Positions 18,274-28,418 of a DNA stretch of 64,000 nucleotides are shown one piece after another (within the stretch, counting starts at the first letter, position 1; the number at the start of each line of letters is the position of its first letter). A model generated the notes under the pieces. It had not been told where the DNA came from. It did no database searches and saw nothing but the letters and a program-made list of their open reading frames with translations. The stretch is taken from assembly GCA_016214075.1 (NCBI GenBank), contig JACRPI010000013.1, positions 5,418 to 69,417 on the forward strand, given 5' to 3'. Made by a program: the position numbers and the translations under genes. Source of the stretch: Candidatus Woesearchaeota archaeon. GTDB taxonomy: Archaea > Nanobdellota > Nanobdellia > Woesearchaeales > DSVV01.

Positions 18274-19518
18274 TTAACGTCCTCTGCCCCTAAATCCACC
18301 AGAACTTCCTCTGTTTCCAAAGCCGCCGCGTGAACCGCCTCCACGTCCTCCTCCACCGCCGCGAAATCCGCCACGATGTTGTGGTCTGCCGCTGCTCATT
18401 TCAAAAGGAATCCGTTCGAATGCAGGAATTTCCATTCGTTGCATGAGAAGTGATCTGTCTTGAAGAACATTTCTGAAATTATCATGGTCTTGCGCTGCAA
18501 GAAGGGAAATAACTTTTCCTTCGCATCCCGCACGTGCGGTTCGCCCAATTCTGTGAACGTAATCTTCAGATGTTTTTGGAATGTCATAATTAATGACATT
18601 GGAAACATTTTTGATGTCAAGCCCACGCGCGGCAACATCTGTTGCGATTAATGCGTCGAGTTTGTGTGCGTGAAATGCGTCCATAACATGTTTTCTCATG
18701 TTTTGCGATAAACCACCATGAAGGGCTTCAGCTTTAACGCCATGCTTTGACAAGTTAGAATTCAAAACATCAACCATTCGTCGTGTTGCGCAAAAAATAA
18801 TTGCGAGTCCCTCTTTATTCTCTTTCAGGACATGAACAAGAAGAGAAAATTTATCGCGCGCGTTAATATCGTAATAGTGTTGGGTTAATTTGCTTTTATC
18901 AACGTAGGACTGCAACTTGATTTTCACGGGGTTGCGCATGTATTGATGAACAATCTCACTCACGCCATGCCCCATTGTCGCGGAAAAGAGCAAATTCTGT
19001 CGATCTTTTGGTGTCTGAGAGATAATTCTTTTGACATCGTCAATAAACCCCATCTCAAACATCTTGTCTGCTTCGTCGAGAACAAGCACTTTGACTTTAG
19101 ATAAATTAATCGTTCTCCGTTCCATGTGATCCAGCATTCGTCCAGGAGTGCTGACAACAACATCTGCGTGTTGAAGCATCTGAATTTGCGGACTGATAGA
19201 AACGCCACCATAGGTTTCCACAATGCGAAGCGGTTTGTATTTCGCGAATTTGAAGATTTCTTTTGCGACTTGGTTGCAAAGTTCGCGTGTTGGAACAAGA
19301 ACGAGGAGTTGAATTCCTTGTCCTTTAGTGACTTTCTCAAGAGAGGGAAAGCCAAATGCTGCTGTCTTTCCCGACCCGGTGTGGGAAAGTCCGATGACAT
19401 CATGTCCTTGTTGGATTAAGGGAATAACTTTTTCCTGAATTTCAGTGAATTCTGAGAACCCGAGATCCATAACCGCTTTTTCAAGCTCTGGTTGTAATTT
19501 AATTTGTTTTATATCCAT
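18274..19518 (-). CDS. DEAD-box ATP-dependent RNA helicase with a Gly/Arg-rich (RGG) C-terminal tail
   Basis: Motif I SHTGSGKT, VLDEAD, SAT and HRIGRTAR are present. The C-terminus is GGFRGGGGGRGGGSRGGFGNRGSSGGFRGRGR. Confidence 0.9.
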   Translation of the reverse strand: MDIKQIKLQPELEKAVMDLGFSEFTEIQEKVIPLIQQGHDVIGLSHTGSGKTAAFGFPSLEKVTKGQGIQLLVLVPTRELCNQVAKEIFKFAKYKPLRIVETYGGVSISPQIQMLQHADVVVSTPGRMLDHMERRTINLSKVKVLVLDEADKMFEMGFIDDVKRIISQTPKDRQNLLFSATMGHGVSEIVHQYMRNPVKIKLQSYVDKSKLTQHYYDINARDKFSLLVHVLKENKEGLAIIFCATRRMVDVLNSNLSKHGVKAEALHGGLSQNMRKHVMDAFHAHKLDALIATDVAARGLDIKNVSNVINYDIPKTSEDYVHRIGRTARAGCEGKVISLLAAQDHDNFRNVLQDRSLLMQRMEIPAFERIPFEMSSGRPQHRGGFRGGGGGRGGGSRGGFGNRGSSGGFRGRGR

Positions 19519-19636
19519 GACAGTAACTTTCGAGAGGATGCTTTTAAATGTTCGCTTTTTTCGTCACTGCGGACTGTCGAGCAAATGGGCGCCTAATTCA
19601 AAAAACATAAAAAGCAGCGCTTTTCTTGCATTAGTT

Positions 19637-20107
19637 ATGGGCAAACCTGGAACAAGCTGTGAGATGTGTGGAAAGCAAGATTTTCTTATGAAAGCGCTTG
19701 TTGAAGGAGTAGAGATGAGCGTTTGCAAAGGATGCGCGTCATTTGGAAGAATCCTTCAAGCGCCAAGAATGCCAAGCAAAACACAAGGTCATTCATTTTC
19801 AAGACCAAAAGAGCCACAAATTGTTGAGTCTATTGTAGAAGAGTATGCGCAAAAAATCAAGCAGGCGCGAGAGAAACGAAATCTCAATCAGGAAGAGTTC
19901 GCGAAGATGGTCAATGAGCATGCGTCATTGTTGAAACATATTGAAGCGGGAAAGCAGCGACCGACGTTTGATCTCGCGAAAAAGTTAGAAAAAATGCTGA
20001 ACATCGTTCTCATAGAAAAATCAACAACAGAAGACGAGCCAAAAGAAGAAAAGCGAAGTCCAAAAGGGCCATTAACAATTGGCGATATATTGAGTATGAA
20101 AAAATAA
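19637..20107 (+). CDS. Archaeal multiprotein-bridging-factor-1-like protein (aMBF1): zinc ribbon plus XRE-type HTH
   Basis: CEMCGK...CKGCASFG zinc ribbon is followed by the HTH QEEFAKMVNEHASLLKHIEAGKQRPTFDLAKKLEKML. Start trimmed from 19445 to MGKPG at 19637. Confidence 0.65.
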   Translation: MGKPGTSCEMCGKQDFLMKALVEGVEMSVCKGCASFGRILQAPRMPSKTQGHSFSRPKEPQIVESIVEEYAQKIKQAREKRNLNQEEFAKMVNEHASLLKHIEAGKQRPTFDLAKKLEKMLNIVLIEKSTTEDEPKEEKRSPKGPLTIGDILSMKK

Positions 20108-20467
20108 TCAGTATTTCTTTTCTTTGAATTCATACCAAACAGCAGAACCAACAAGGACTGTTAATATCCAGAGGGTATAAAAAAATAATTTGTATTGGAC
20201 AAGATTTGGGCTTTGGCGGATCGCGGTGACGAACCCAACAATGTCTGATCCTTCTGTATTTATTTCATGGACAGCTTCAGCATCGCTCAGATACAGTGCG
20301 AAACCAGTAATTTGGTTCAAATTCATTGCGGTTCCTTGATATGTGACAATAGTTCCAAAGAAAATTAAACATACTAACGCAAGAGAATAGGTCAGTTGTC
20401 TCGAGTACTGTTTTGCTTTTTCTCGTTTGCTGGTATGAACATGCACCAGATGATCCAATGACATCAA
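20108..20467 (-). CDS. Small membrane protein (two predicted TM helices), hypothetical
   Basis: Hydrophobic segments LALVCLIFFGTIVTY and LWILTVLVGSAVWY. Confidence 0.4.
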   Translation of the reverse strand: MMSLDHLVHVHTSKREKAKQYSRQLTYSLALVCLIFFGTIVTYQGTAMNLNQITGFALYLSDAEAVHEINTEGSDIVGFVTAIRQSPNLVQYKLFFYTLWILTVLVGSAVWYEFKEKKY

Positions 20468-20499
20468 TCCACCTCTTAAGGAAGTTTAGAAGAAAACTT

Positions 20500-20904
20500 C
20501 TATTTAAGTGTTTGGGATTTGCGTCGCTGTGCTTCTTCTTTCTCAATTTTTTTCGCTTCTTTCCAGAGTCGGACTGCTTCTTCTTTTGTAAGCGGTTTGT
20601 GTTCTTCATCTAAGACATAAGGACATCGTCGCTTCATTTTTTCGTTTGCTGTTTGGAAAACATCTCGTAATGTAAAGAGTCCTTGTTCTTCAGCAAGTTT
20701 GCAGGCATGTGCACAGTTCATGATGATGTCGCCAAGTTCTTCTTTTATGTGTTCCGTGTCATTTGCTTTTGTAGCATCGAGGAGTTCTTTCGCTTCAAGA
20801 GCGATGTGCTCAGAAAATCCAGAAATATTTGCGTCACGAACCCAAGGATCTCGTGCAAGGCGTTTTTCTACGATGGCGATAAATTCTTCAAAGGTTTGTT
20901 TCAT
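20500..20904 (-). CDS. MazG-like nucleoside triphosphate pyrophosphohydrolase
   Basis: EELGDIIMNCAHACKLAE matches the MazG EExGDxL helix. Confidence 0.55.
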   Translation of the reverse strand: MKQTFEEFIAIVEKRLARDPWVRDANISGFSEHIALEAKELLDATKANDTEHIKEELGDIIMNCAHACKLAEEQGLFTLRDVFQTANEKMKRRCPYVLDEEHKPLTKEEAVRLWKEAKKIEKEEAQRRKSQTLK

Positions 20905-21045
20905 AAGAAGCTGAGTGAAGTTGCAGTATTAATAGTTATGGAAAAATGGGTTAAATCCTTAATTTTTCCGATTCAATCAATAAAAAAGTATGGGGATTCT
21001 CAAGGACAGTAAGGCGATTCTTTTTTGTTGTAAGGCAACTAACAC

Positions 21046-21130
21046 GCACTTTACTTATATTACTATTTGCCCAGCAAAACTCAAAATGTCAGGGGGACCC
21101 ATTGCCGCGGCAATGGGGTTTTATTGAAGT
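21046..21130 (+). repeat. About 85-bp repeated element (copy 1) with the AACACGCAC box and a 20-bp perfect palindrome CCCATTGCCGCGGCAATGGG
   Basis: It shares CAAAATGTCAGGGGGACCCATTGCCGCRGCAATGGGGTT plus flanks with the copy at 35653-35736. Confidence 0.6.
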
Positions 21131-21464
21131 ATAAAATAAATTAAAATGTAGGAACAAACAATGCATGAAGAAATAATTTGACTAAATCTTTATATGCCAT
21201 CAATGAATTCCTGTATAAATGACCCAAACTATTGACGACAAATTAAAAGAACAGGGATACAGAATCATCGCAACGCTTCATAGAACAGAACTGATTGATC
21301 GTGCAAAATATGAAATATTTGGTCTTTCTGAAATGGAGTATTACATTGTTCCTGTAGATATCGCGCTTAACGAAGTTTCCGCAGATAACATAAGTAAAGG
21401 ATTACATTATATTTATGTTAAAGAAGGATAAGAATAAAACATAACAAAAAATAAAAAACAACAA

Positions 21465-21983
21465 CTAAACAGTTGCTTTCAATCCTTTAATCTGTTCTCT
21501 CAAAAATTCAATAGTTCGTGTGTTGTCCTGTTGGGTCAATAGAGATCCACATTCGGGGCATTTGAATTCATGCATAGTTCCTTGTTCAAAGTCAAGGCGT
21601 ACGCACGTGTTAGAACACAAAAAGAAGCATCCTGCGTTCTTTTCTTCTCGTTCAAGGCGATCCTGCAGTTTGTGTAATTTTCCAACTTGCAATCTTCGAG
21701 AACAATCTTTCAATGATTTTTGATTATATGTCCAATAACTGATGTAATATCCTTTTTTAGAATCCTTTTTACGTTTATATTCCACCAGATTTGCGTTGTG
21801 AAGGCGGTATAATATGTTTCGCACAATATGAATTTCAGTCTTTGTTTTTTCAGAGATAATAAACTCTGAAATGTTTTTCTTTCCTTTAAGGAAGTCTACA
21901 ATTGGGAGTGCGTCTGCGCCTACTCCTTCTTCGATAATCTCATTTGCTTTTTTTGCTGTAACTCTCATTGTATTGACCCCCAA
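21465..21983 (-). CDS. tfe: Transcription factor E (TFE/TFIIE-alpha homolog)
   Basis: Winged-helix region IVRNILYRLHNANLVEYKRKKDSKKGYYISYW plus C-terminal zinc ribbon CSNTC...CPECG. Confidence 0.65.
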   Translation of the reverse strand: MGVNTMRVTAKKANEIIEEGVGADALPIVDFLKGKKNISEFIISEKTKTEIHIVRNILYRLHNANLVEYKRKKDSKKGYYISYWTYNQKSLKDCSRRLQVGKLHKLQDRLEREEKNAGCFFLCSNTCVRLDFEQGTMHEFKCPECGSLLTQQDNTRTIEFLREQIKGLKATV

Positions 21984-22692
21984 TATAACGAATGTGAATG
22001 AAATATCTATCCTGTTCCCCCGAACAAAAATAAGACAACTATCTTTTTTCGGGTAGGTTATATATAAACTTTGTGGTTTTATTATAGTGAACGCGCCAAA
22101 TTATCGTAATAAAAATAGTGCGTTCACTATTCCACAGACGCAAATAAGTTACGATAATTTATTGCGTCTGCTATATCTCTATTGTTTCTTTGCTCGTAGG
22201 CCGTGGCTAAACGCAGTTCGCTTGCGCAGCCGCGTTACAGTCAATTTTGCGATATCGAATAGGTGGAGCTTCAGCAAGAGGTATAAATGCAGCGGAGATA
22301 TAAACAGTCATGTCCTGTTGAAGATAATGCATTCCCTTAACTTGCAGAGGATAAAAAGCGCTTGGAAACGCGCGAGTGAGTGTCTTATCAATAAAACTTC
22401 TCCATGATGCGTTATCCGCGTCATCCGATGCTTCAATTTCGTTTTGGAAAAAGGATAAAACAGAAAACTTTACCTCTTCTGTACCTATCTCACACAGCAA
22501 TTTGTCAAGACTTCTTTGCGCTAAACTTTTGGAGAAGGAGCTGGTTCTTGGAACACATGTCGGATCATACAAGAAAATGCCATCTACAGCAGAAGACATT
22601 CCTCCTTCCCTATCATATTTTCCAGGCATTTCACTACTAAATAGTAGCTTATTTATATATTTTCCCCTCCATTTCACCCGGATTGTGTCATA

Positions 22693-23601
22693 ATGGTTAT
22701 AAAGAAAATTATCCACGCAAAGAGGATGCTTTTTTCCCCTCCTCTTGAAGATATTCTTGAAGAAATAGCGTTGCAAAAGCAGCAGTTTAGTGGCGCAATT
22801 GTTGCTCCGATACATCCGCAGTACAGAACAATGGTGGGAATTGGCGTGGGTTTTCGGACATTGAATGTTGATGAAGACGTCCGCAAATACCTTGCGACGG
22901 AGATGGGAGACGACGTCAACGCGGATGTGCCTTTAGCAGGAGATGTAACTTTTCCATATCTTACTCTTGTGGTTCAGGTTCCTATCGGTGAAAAATCACC
23001 TTTTCTGAGGCATCACGCATTTGTGGAGTTGGAAGGACAGTGGATGTCTTCTGCTCTCATTGAAGATCAAACAGGGAGTGAAAAAGTTCCAGTCAGTTAT
23101 AAAGATGCGGAAATTGGCGACGCGACAACAGGATGGAAGTTTTATTTTGGGGAGTATTATTCGTTTGGAACGCGGCTGGTTTATATTCCGACAGAACTAA
23201 GAACAGGTTCATTTGTCATAAAACCGCGGGTAACAGGCGCTGTTGGCTTTTCTTATCTTCATAATAACGTGGATTTATCAATGGATATCAGTGAAGCGAA
23301 GCTTATAGAATTTGTGGGTGAAGAGACGCTTGAAGATGAATACGGTGTTTATGCGACAAGTCAAACATTTTTGGAACTTCAGGGGATTGGAACGTGCGTT
23401 GCGCCTGCGGTAGGAGTAATGATAAGTCGTGGTAGGTTTACTGCGTCAATGAATTTTGGATATCGCGCGGAAACAATTCCTATCGCTATAACAGAAAGAA
23501 CAATCTATGGCGATGGAGAAGAAGTGACAAAAGAGAAACATAAAGTAGAGATGAATACAAGTGGCATGGAAGGGAATGCAACCCTCTCCTATTCATTTTA
23601 G
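22693..23601 (+). CDS. Hypothetical beta-rich protein
   Basis: 302-aa ORF with no motif. Ends with an aromatic SYSF. Confidence 0.4.
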   Translation: MVIKKIIHAKRMLFSPPLEDILEEIALQKQQFSGAIVAPIHPQYRTMVGIGVGFRTLNVDEDVRKYLATEMGDDVNADVPLAGDVTFPYLTLVVQVPIGEKSPFLRHHAFVELEGQWMSSALIEDQTGSEKVPVSYKDAEIGDATTGWKFYFGEYYSFGTRLVYIPTELRTGSFVIKPRVTGAVGFSYLHNNVDLSMDISEAKLIEFVGEETLEDEYGVYATSQTFLELQGIGTCVAPAVGVMISRGRFTASMNFGYRAETIPIAITERTIYGDGEEVTKEKHKVEMNTSGMEGNATLSYSF

Positions 23602-23640
23602 AAAATACTTCTTAAACTAGAGAATCAAGAAAATCAGTAA

Positions 23641-24087
23641 TTAACATTCTGGAACGTTTTCAATTTCGAGAGATTTATCAGCTGGGCAAATAGTTTCTTC
23701 GTTATCTTCAAGGGTGACAGGAACTATTTTCAGTTTCTGGAGTTGCCCGAGATAAATATATTTGTAATCAATACTGACTTTCTTCGCTTCTGATTGAGGA
23801 AATGACTGATCAACGTCAATGTTGTCCACGTTCAATGCGCCAGTGAGGGTGAGTTTCAAGTATTCAATATCTTCATGCCCACTGTTTTCAAGCGTAAAAT
23901 CAAGTTTGTTGGTGTTGGTGTTGTAGCAGATTTGCGGATTTTCGTTGAGTTCAGCGATTTTTATGGAAACACCGCCGCATTCTCCAAGAGACGACATGTA
24001 CGTCAGTAAAACAGCGCCAAGAGAAACAGCGAACGCGATAAGAAGAACAGTTGCGATGAGTGGAGAAACTGCTTTTTTATTGAACAT
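23641..24087 (-). CDS. Archaeal type-IV-pilin-like protein with a class III signal peptide (DUF361-like)
   Basis: MFNKKAVSPLIATVLLIAFAVSLGAVLL matches the K-K-A-V-S-P-L-I-A-T-V-L-L prepilin-peptidase substrate consensus. Start trimmed from 24369 to 24087. Confidence 0.7.
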   Translation of the reverse strand: MFNKKAVSPLIATVLLIAFAVSLGAVLLTYMSSLGECGGVSIKIAELNENPQICYNTNTNKLDFTLENSGHEDIEYLKLTLTGALNVDNIDVDQSFPQSEAKKVSIDYKYIYLGQLQKLKIVPVTLEDNEETICPADKSLEIENVPEC

Positions 24088-24171
24088 ATGGTGTTTTTGG
24101 TTTTGGTTGTATTTATACTTAACGATTGACATACACAAAACTTTATATAACCGCAAACAACTGTTTCTGCA

Positions 24172-25080
24172 ATGAGCGAACAATCTCTTGCAATCGGCGG
24201 TCAGGCAGTGATCGAAGGCGTTCTCATGCGCAATAAAGAGCAGATTGCGATCGCGGTGCGAAATGAAAAAGGAAAAATAATTCTCAAAACAGAAACAATT
24301 GAATCCGTGACAAAAAAATATCCCTTTCTCGGCTGGCCGTTCCTGCGAGGAATCATCGCGTTTTTTCAAATGCTTATTATTGGTATAAAAGCGTTAACCT
24401 ATTCCACAAACATTGCGATGGGAGAAAAAGAAGAACAGCTCAACGCGTGGGAAATCGCGGGGCTCATTGGAACATCGCTCATCTTCAGCATTGCGATCTT
24501 TGTTCTTGCGCCATACATCATGACGCATTTTGCCGGGTTTGACGAACGAACCTCACCTGTTTTTTTCAATCTCATTGATGGCGCGATTAAAATGCTCCTT
24601 TTCGTGATCTATGTCGCGGTTATTGGATACATGGAAGATATAAGACGAGTTTTTCAATATCATGGAGCGGAGCATAAAGCAGTCAACTGTTATGAAGCAG
24701 GAAAAGAATTAACAATCAGGAATGTGAAAAAGTTTTCTACTATTCATCCACGCTGTGGAACAAGCTTCATTATGTTTGTGATGATTGTGGGAATTTTTAT
24801 TTTATCGCTTATTGCGCCGCTGACCACTGCGGTGATTCCCGCGTTTAGTGGCTTTCCATTTTTTGCGCAGAAAACAATCCTCTTTTTGTTGCGAATAGTC
24901 TTTTTGCTTCCAATCGCTTCAGTGAGTTATGAAGTGCTGAAGTTGGCAGGAAAATATAGAACAAATAAACTCTTGCAGCTCGTCAATAGCCCGGGAATGT
25001 TGATCCAGAAATTGACTACAAAAGAACCAGACGAAAAAATGATAGAAGTCGCGATCAAAAGTTTGAAGGCGGTTGTTTAA
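24172..25080 (+). CDS. DUF1385-family membrane protein
   Basis: N-terminal IGGQAVIEGVLMR is the DUF1385 hallmark. Multiple TM segments. Confidence 0.65.
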   Translation: MSEQSLAIGGQAVIEGVLMRNKEQIAIAVRNEKGKIILKTETIESVTKKYPFLGWPFLRGIIAFFQMLIIGIKALTYSTNIAMGEKEEQLNAWEIAGLIGTSLIFSIAIFVLAPYIMTHFAGFDERTSPVFFNLIDGAIKMLLFVIYVAVIGYMEDIRRVFQYHGAEHKAVNCYEAGKELTIRNVKKFSTIHPRCGTSFIMFVMIVGIFILSLIAPLTTAVIPAFSGFPFFAQKTILFLLRIVFLLPIASVSYEVLKLAGKYRTNKLLQLVNSPGMLIQKLTTKEPDEKMIEVAIKSLKAVV

Positions 25081-25739
25081 TTCTCCACAAACACAAACTT
25101 CTTCTGCTCAAAATCAGCGACTAATTTCTTTGGCGCTTTTCCTAAATAATTCACGCGAGCGACAATTTCTTGTCCGAGATAACAGCCTTTGGTAAATGAA
25201 ACAAAAGAAGGGGAAACATTCAAAATCATGTCGTTGGTGTAATCAACTCCGTGCAAAGGAATGTTATTTTCCAGTCGAAAGAGAAGAGAATCCTCATCAG
25301 AAATAGTGCTCTCGATTTTCTTTTCTGTCAAAACAAGTTGTCCTTTTGTTTGAGAAATACAATATTCATTATTCCTTATGTCATTTTTCGCTGTTTGATA
25401 TGCGGTATCCAAATCAAAGTACACAGAATATTTTGTCGCGTGTATTTTTGTGCCAGAGAGTTGAAGATATGGTTTAAGATGCGTGTAGAGCTGTTGCAAA
25501 CAAGACGATGAAACAACAAGAAGTAAGGAATCTTCACTAATCCTCGCTTGGTCAACAGTCGCGATAATCTTACCAAACTTGTCAAGAAACGCATTCTTTG
25601 AAGCGTCAAGGGTGTTTGACGTAATGCCGTTGAGCAGTTTGTCTGGATTATTTGTCACAAGCAAAACACTTTTGTCCATGAATTTGTAGATCCGCATAAG
25701 GGAAGAAAGAGTAAATCCGTTTATATATTTCACTAACAA
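25077..25739 (-). CDS. YgfZ/GcvT-like folate-binding protein
   Basis: C-terminal KGCYLGQEIVARV matches the YgfZ KGCYxGQE signature. Confidence 0.65.
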   Translation of the reverse strand: MLVKYINGFTLSSLMRIYKFMDKSVLLVTNNPDKLLNGITSNTLDASKNAFLDKFGKIIATVDQARISEDSLLLVVSSSCLQQLYTHLKPYLQLSGTKIHATKYSVYFDLDTAYQTAKNDIRNNEYCISQTKGQLVLTEKKIESTISDEDSLLFRLENNIPLHGVDYTNDMILNVSPSFVSFTKGCYLGQEIVARVNYLGKAPKKLVADFEQKKFVFVEN

Positions 25740-25773
25740 AATACCCCTCGGGAAAAATATACACTTACAAAAA

Positions 25774-25826
25774 AAACACGTACCAAGAAAAGACCTAAAT
25801 CACAATTCATCCCTTTATTAAAAAAT
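25774..25826 (+). promoter_or_regulatory. Conserved promoter-like element (copy B)
   Basis: AAACACGTACCAAGAAAAGACCTAAATCACAATTCATCCCTTTATTAAAAAAT, upstream of the ORF at 25912. Confidence 0.55.
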
Positions 25827-25911
25827 AAATAACACAGAGATAAATTGTGATTAAGCAGCGAAGCGATTAGAATAAACCTTTATAAGACGAGAAGCATTAG
25901 TTTCAGGTAGA

Positions 25912-26922
25912 ATGACGCAAATAGAGCAGATATATGTCGAACAAAAACCAGAAGACATTCTTTTTCAGCTTGAAACAAATCTGCGTGATGCGAGAGAAAT
26001 AAGACCCGCGCAAGAAGCAGCGAAACAATGGAAAGAGCGAGTAACAAATAGAGGTTTCTCCTCACTTATAGCAATAATAAACAGAGAAATGAGTCATCTC
26101 CTCTCAGAAGAATTGACAAGTGATGATTTCAGAGATGCAGAAGTATATCCTGGCGAAGAAAAAATGATGGAGCATGAGCTCAAGCATGGGCTTCCTGCGC
26201 TTTCCTTTGGAGTAGCCATTCCTTCTAATGCATGGCCATCAATCCAGCGAAAGTTTAGAATGCGAGAGACAAGTGAAGGGATTAGTTTAAGCGACTATGG
26301 CTTCTCTGCGCAATCATTAGGATTAGATGTAACTGGACTTACGATGCATAGAGCAAGTGAAGAAAAAGAGTACGAAGAATTTCAGCAATTATATGAAGAT
26401 CACGCAGCGTATTCAAAATCATTTGGAGACCTTGCGCTTCTAGCACTTGAAAAAATACGCTCTCCTTGGGAGTTAAGTATGGCGCTTCTTTGTCGAACAA
26501 AGAGGGATCTTTGTGCAGGAAGATATGAAGAAGGAAGAGAAAAGAAAGCAGAGGCATTGATAAGAAGCCTCGATGCGTATGGGAAAGCATACGAGGATGA
26601 AGTGAGACGCCACGTTGATGATGTTCGAAGGGTAATGGCATACCAAGCGATTTATGCAGAAGTAGTTTCTGAAATAGTTCCAGACATATATCTTGCAATT
26701 GAAGCAACCTATACGCTTGAAGAACAAATAGGCGCGGGGATTGTAACGCCGCTGTTATTTGCACTTGGAACAACAGAAGTAAGTAGCAAGAGAACACATT
26801 TTCGTTCTCCATTAAAAGGCATTATCAAAGCGAGAGAATATATTGATTCAGGGGAAATAAGAGTAGAAGATATTACACAAGTTCTCGGAAGAAAAGGATA
26901 CAAACAGATAGCAGTTGCCTGA
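25912..26922 (+). CDS. Hypothetical protein
   Basis: 336-aa ORF preceded by a conserved promoter-like element. Confidence 0.45.
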   Translation: MTQIEQIYVEQKPEDILFQLETNLRDAREIRPAQEAAKQWKERVTNRGFSSLIAIINREMSHLLSEELTSDDFRDAEVYPGEEKMMEHELKHGLPALSFGVAIPSNAWPSIQRKFRMRETSEGISLSDYGFSAQSLGLDVTGLTMHRASEEKEYEEFQQLYEDHAAYSKSFGDLALLALEKIRSPWELSMALLCRTKRDLCAGRYEEGREKKAEALIRSLDAYGKAYEDEVRRHVDDVRRVMAYQAIYAEVVSEIVPDIYLAIEATYTLEEQIGAGIVTPLLFALGTTEVSSKRTHFRSPLKGIIKAREYIDSGEIRVEDITQVLGRKGYKQIAVA

Positions 26923-28308
26923 TTATAATCCCAACTCTTTTCTCCAAAGCGCGCAAACTTCTTCAGTCTTCTCAACAGATTTTCCAATATATTGGGAAGG
27001 ATTTTCTAAAATATTCTTCTGTTCAGCAGTAAATTTCTCTAAATACGGAAACAATTCAACATCAGCATACACTAACTCCAACACCGACTTGTTCTCAGCA
27101 AGCGCTTGCTTAGAAATCTGTCGTAATTTTTCATGCGCGTTATCATAACCATAAAGCGCAAGCAAAACATACAATGGTTCAGCGATGACCGCGTCTTTGC
27201 TCATCGCGAAATTTTTCTGCATTGCCTCAGTATCAACGACAAGCCGTTGCATTGTTTTCGCGAGTCTGTATGTCGCGAGATAAAATCCTGCGATAATTTC
27301 AACAGTAAATCTACTGCTCGCGGAATTCGTTAAATCCCGTTGATGTTCGCTGATTTGATTTAAATACAGCGTAATCATGCGAGGCATCATAGTTTTATAC
27401 AAACTCTTCACATGCTCAAAATGCATGGGATTTTTTTTGTGCGGCATTGTGGAGCTTCCTACTTGTTCACTGCTAAAATGTTCACCTACTTCCCCGATTT
27501 CTGTGCGCTGAAGTTGTCGCATGTCATCCGCAAGATTTGCGAGCACACCAAAACACGAAATAAGACTGTGAATATAATCCGCCATAAATTCTGGAATCAC
27601 TATCTGCGTGCTGTGAGTCGCGGGTCGCAACCCTAATTTTTCCAGCACTTTTTTCTCAAAAGCGATAGGATCTTTGACGACAAGCGATTGCGCGTTATAG
27701 GCGCCGACCGCGCCGCTGAGCTGTCCGCGCAAGTGAACTGCTTTTTCCGTAATCTCATGAATGCGTTCACCAACACGTGCGACATATTCAGACATCGCGA
27801 AACCAAATGTAATTGGAACAGCGTGTTGTCCGTGCGTTCTGCCTATCTGCAGTGTTGTTTTTTCTCGTTCAGCGATGTGAAGCAGCGTCTTCTCCAATTC
27901 GAGAAGTTGCGGAAGTAAAACCTTTTGCGTAAATTCTTGATAGCGTAATGCTTCTGCGGTGCAGATAATATCGTGGCTTGTTGCGGTGAGATGGATGAAT
28001 CGTTTTGCTTCAGGAGAAATGTGCTTGCCGAAGCAATTCACGAGCGCGCGAACAAGATGTTTGATGCGTTTTTCTTCAGCGTAGACATCTTCTGCGGTAA
28101 TGAGTGGCGCGGCGTATTTTATTTCCTGAAAAATTTCCTGAGAGCAGAGTCCTTCTTCCGCGAAGCCAGCGACAAGCGCGACTTCAACCATGAGCATATA
28201 TTCGATGAGCGCGTTTTCAGAAAGATACGGCTGCAGTTTTTGAAAATGCGCGGGAGTAGTTCCGTAATAACGATAATCTATTGGGGAGATGGAATCAAAC
28301 TCTTGCAT
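26923..28308 (-). CDS. purB: Adenylosuccinate lyase
   Basis: Fumarate-lyase signature GSSTMPHKKNP. N-terminal SPIDYRYYG. Confidence 0.85.
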   Translation of the reverse strand: MQEFDSISPIDYRYYGTTPAHFQKLQPYLSENALIEYMLMVEVALVAGFAEEGLCSQEIFQEIKYAAPLITAEDVYAEEKRIKHLVRALVNCFGKHISPEAKRFIHLTATSHDIICTAEALRYQEFTQKVLLPQLLELEKTLLHIAEREKTTLQIGRTHGQHAVPITFGFAMSEYVARVGERIHEITEKAVHLRGQLSGAVGAYNAQSLVVKDPIAFEKKVLEKLGLRPATHSTQIVIPEFMADYIHSLISCFGVLANLADDMRQLQRTEIGEVGEHFSSEQVGSSTMPHKKNPMHFEHVKSLYKTMMPRMITLYLNQISEHQRDLTNSASSRFTVEIIAGFYLATYRLAKTMQRLVVDTEAMQKNFAMSKDAVIAEPLYVLLALYGYDNAHEKLRQISKQALAENKSVLELVYADVELFPYLEKFTAEQKNILENPSQYIGKSVEKTEEVCALWRKELGL

Positions 28309-28418
28309 ACTAAAGTGAGAATTCTGGGAATTAAAAAGGTATTGGTTTGGAATGGCTTTGGTTGGAAAAACAATCAGGGTTTAATCTCACAAAACAGGTT
28401 GTAAGCAATTTAACTAAA

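Noticed and set aside
19445-19636. Long N-terminal extension of the aMBF1-like ORF
   Set aside because: The extension overlaps the helicase gene on the opposite strand. The conserved protein begins at the internal Met at 19637.
22207-22815. 202-aa minus-strand ORF
   Set aside because: It overlaps the start of the + strand gene at 22693 and has no motif, so coding status is unclear. Not reported as a feature.
24088-24369. N-terminal 94-aa extension of the pilin-like ORF
   Set aside because: The class III signal peptide must be N-terminal, so the Met at 24087 is the plausible start.
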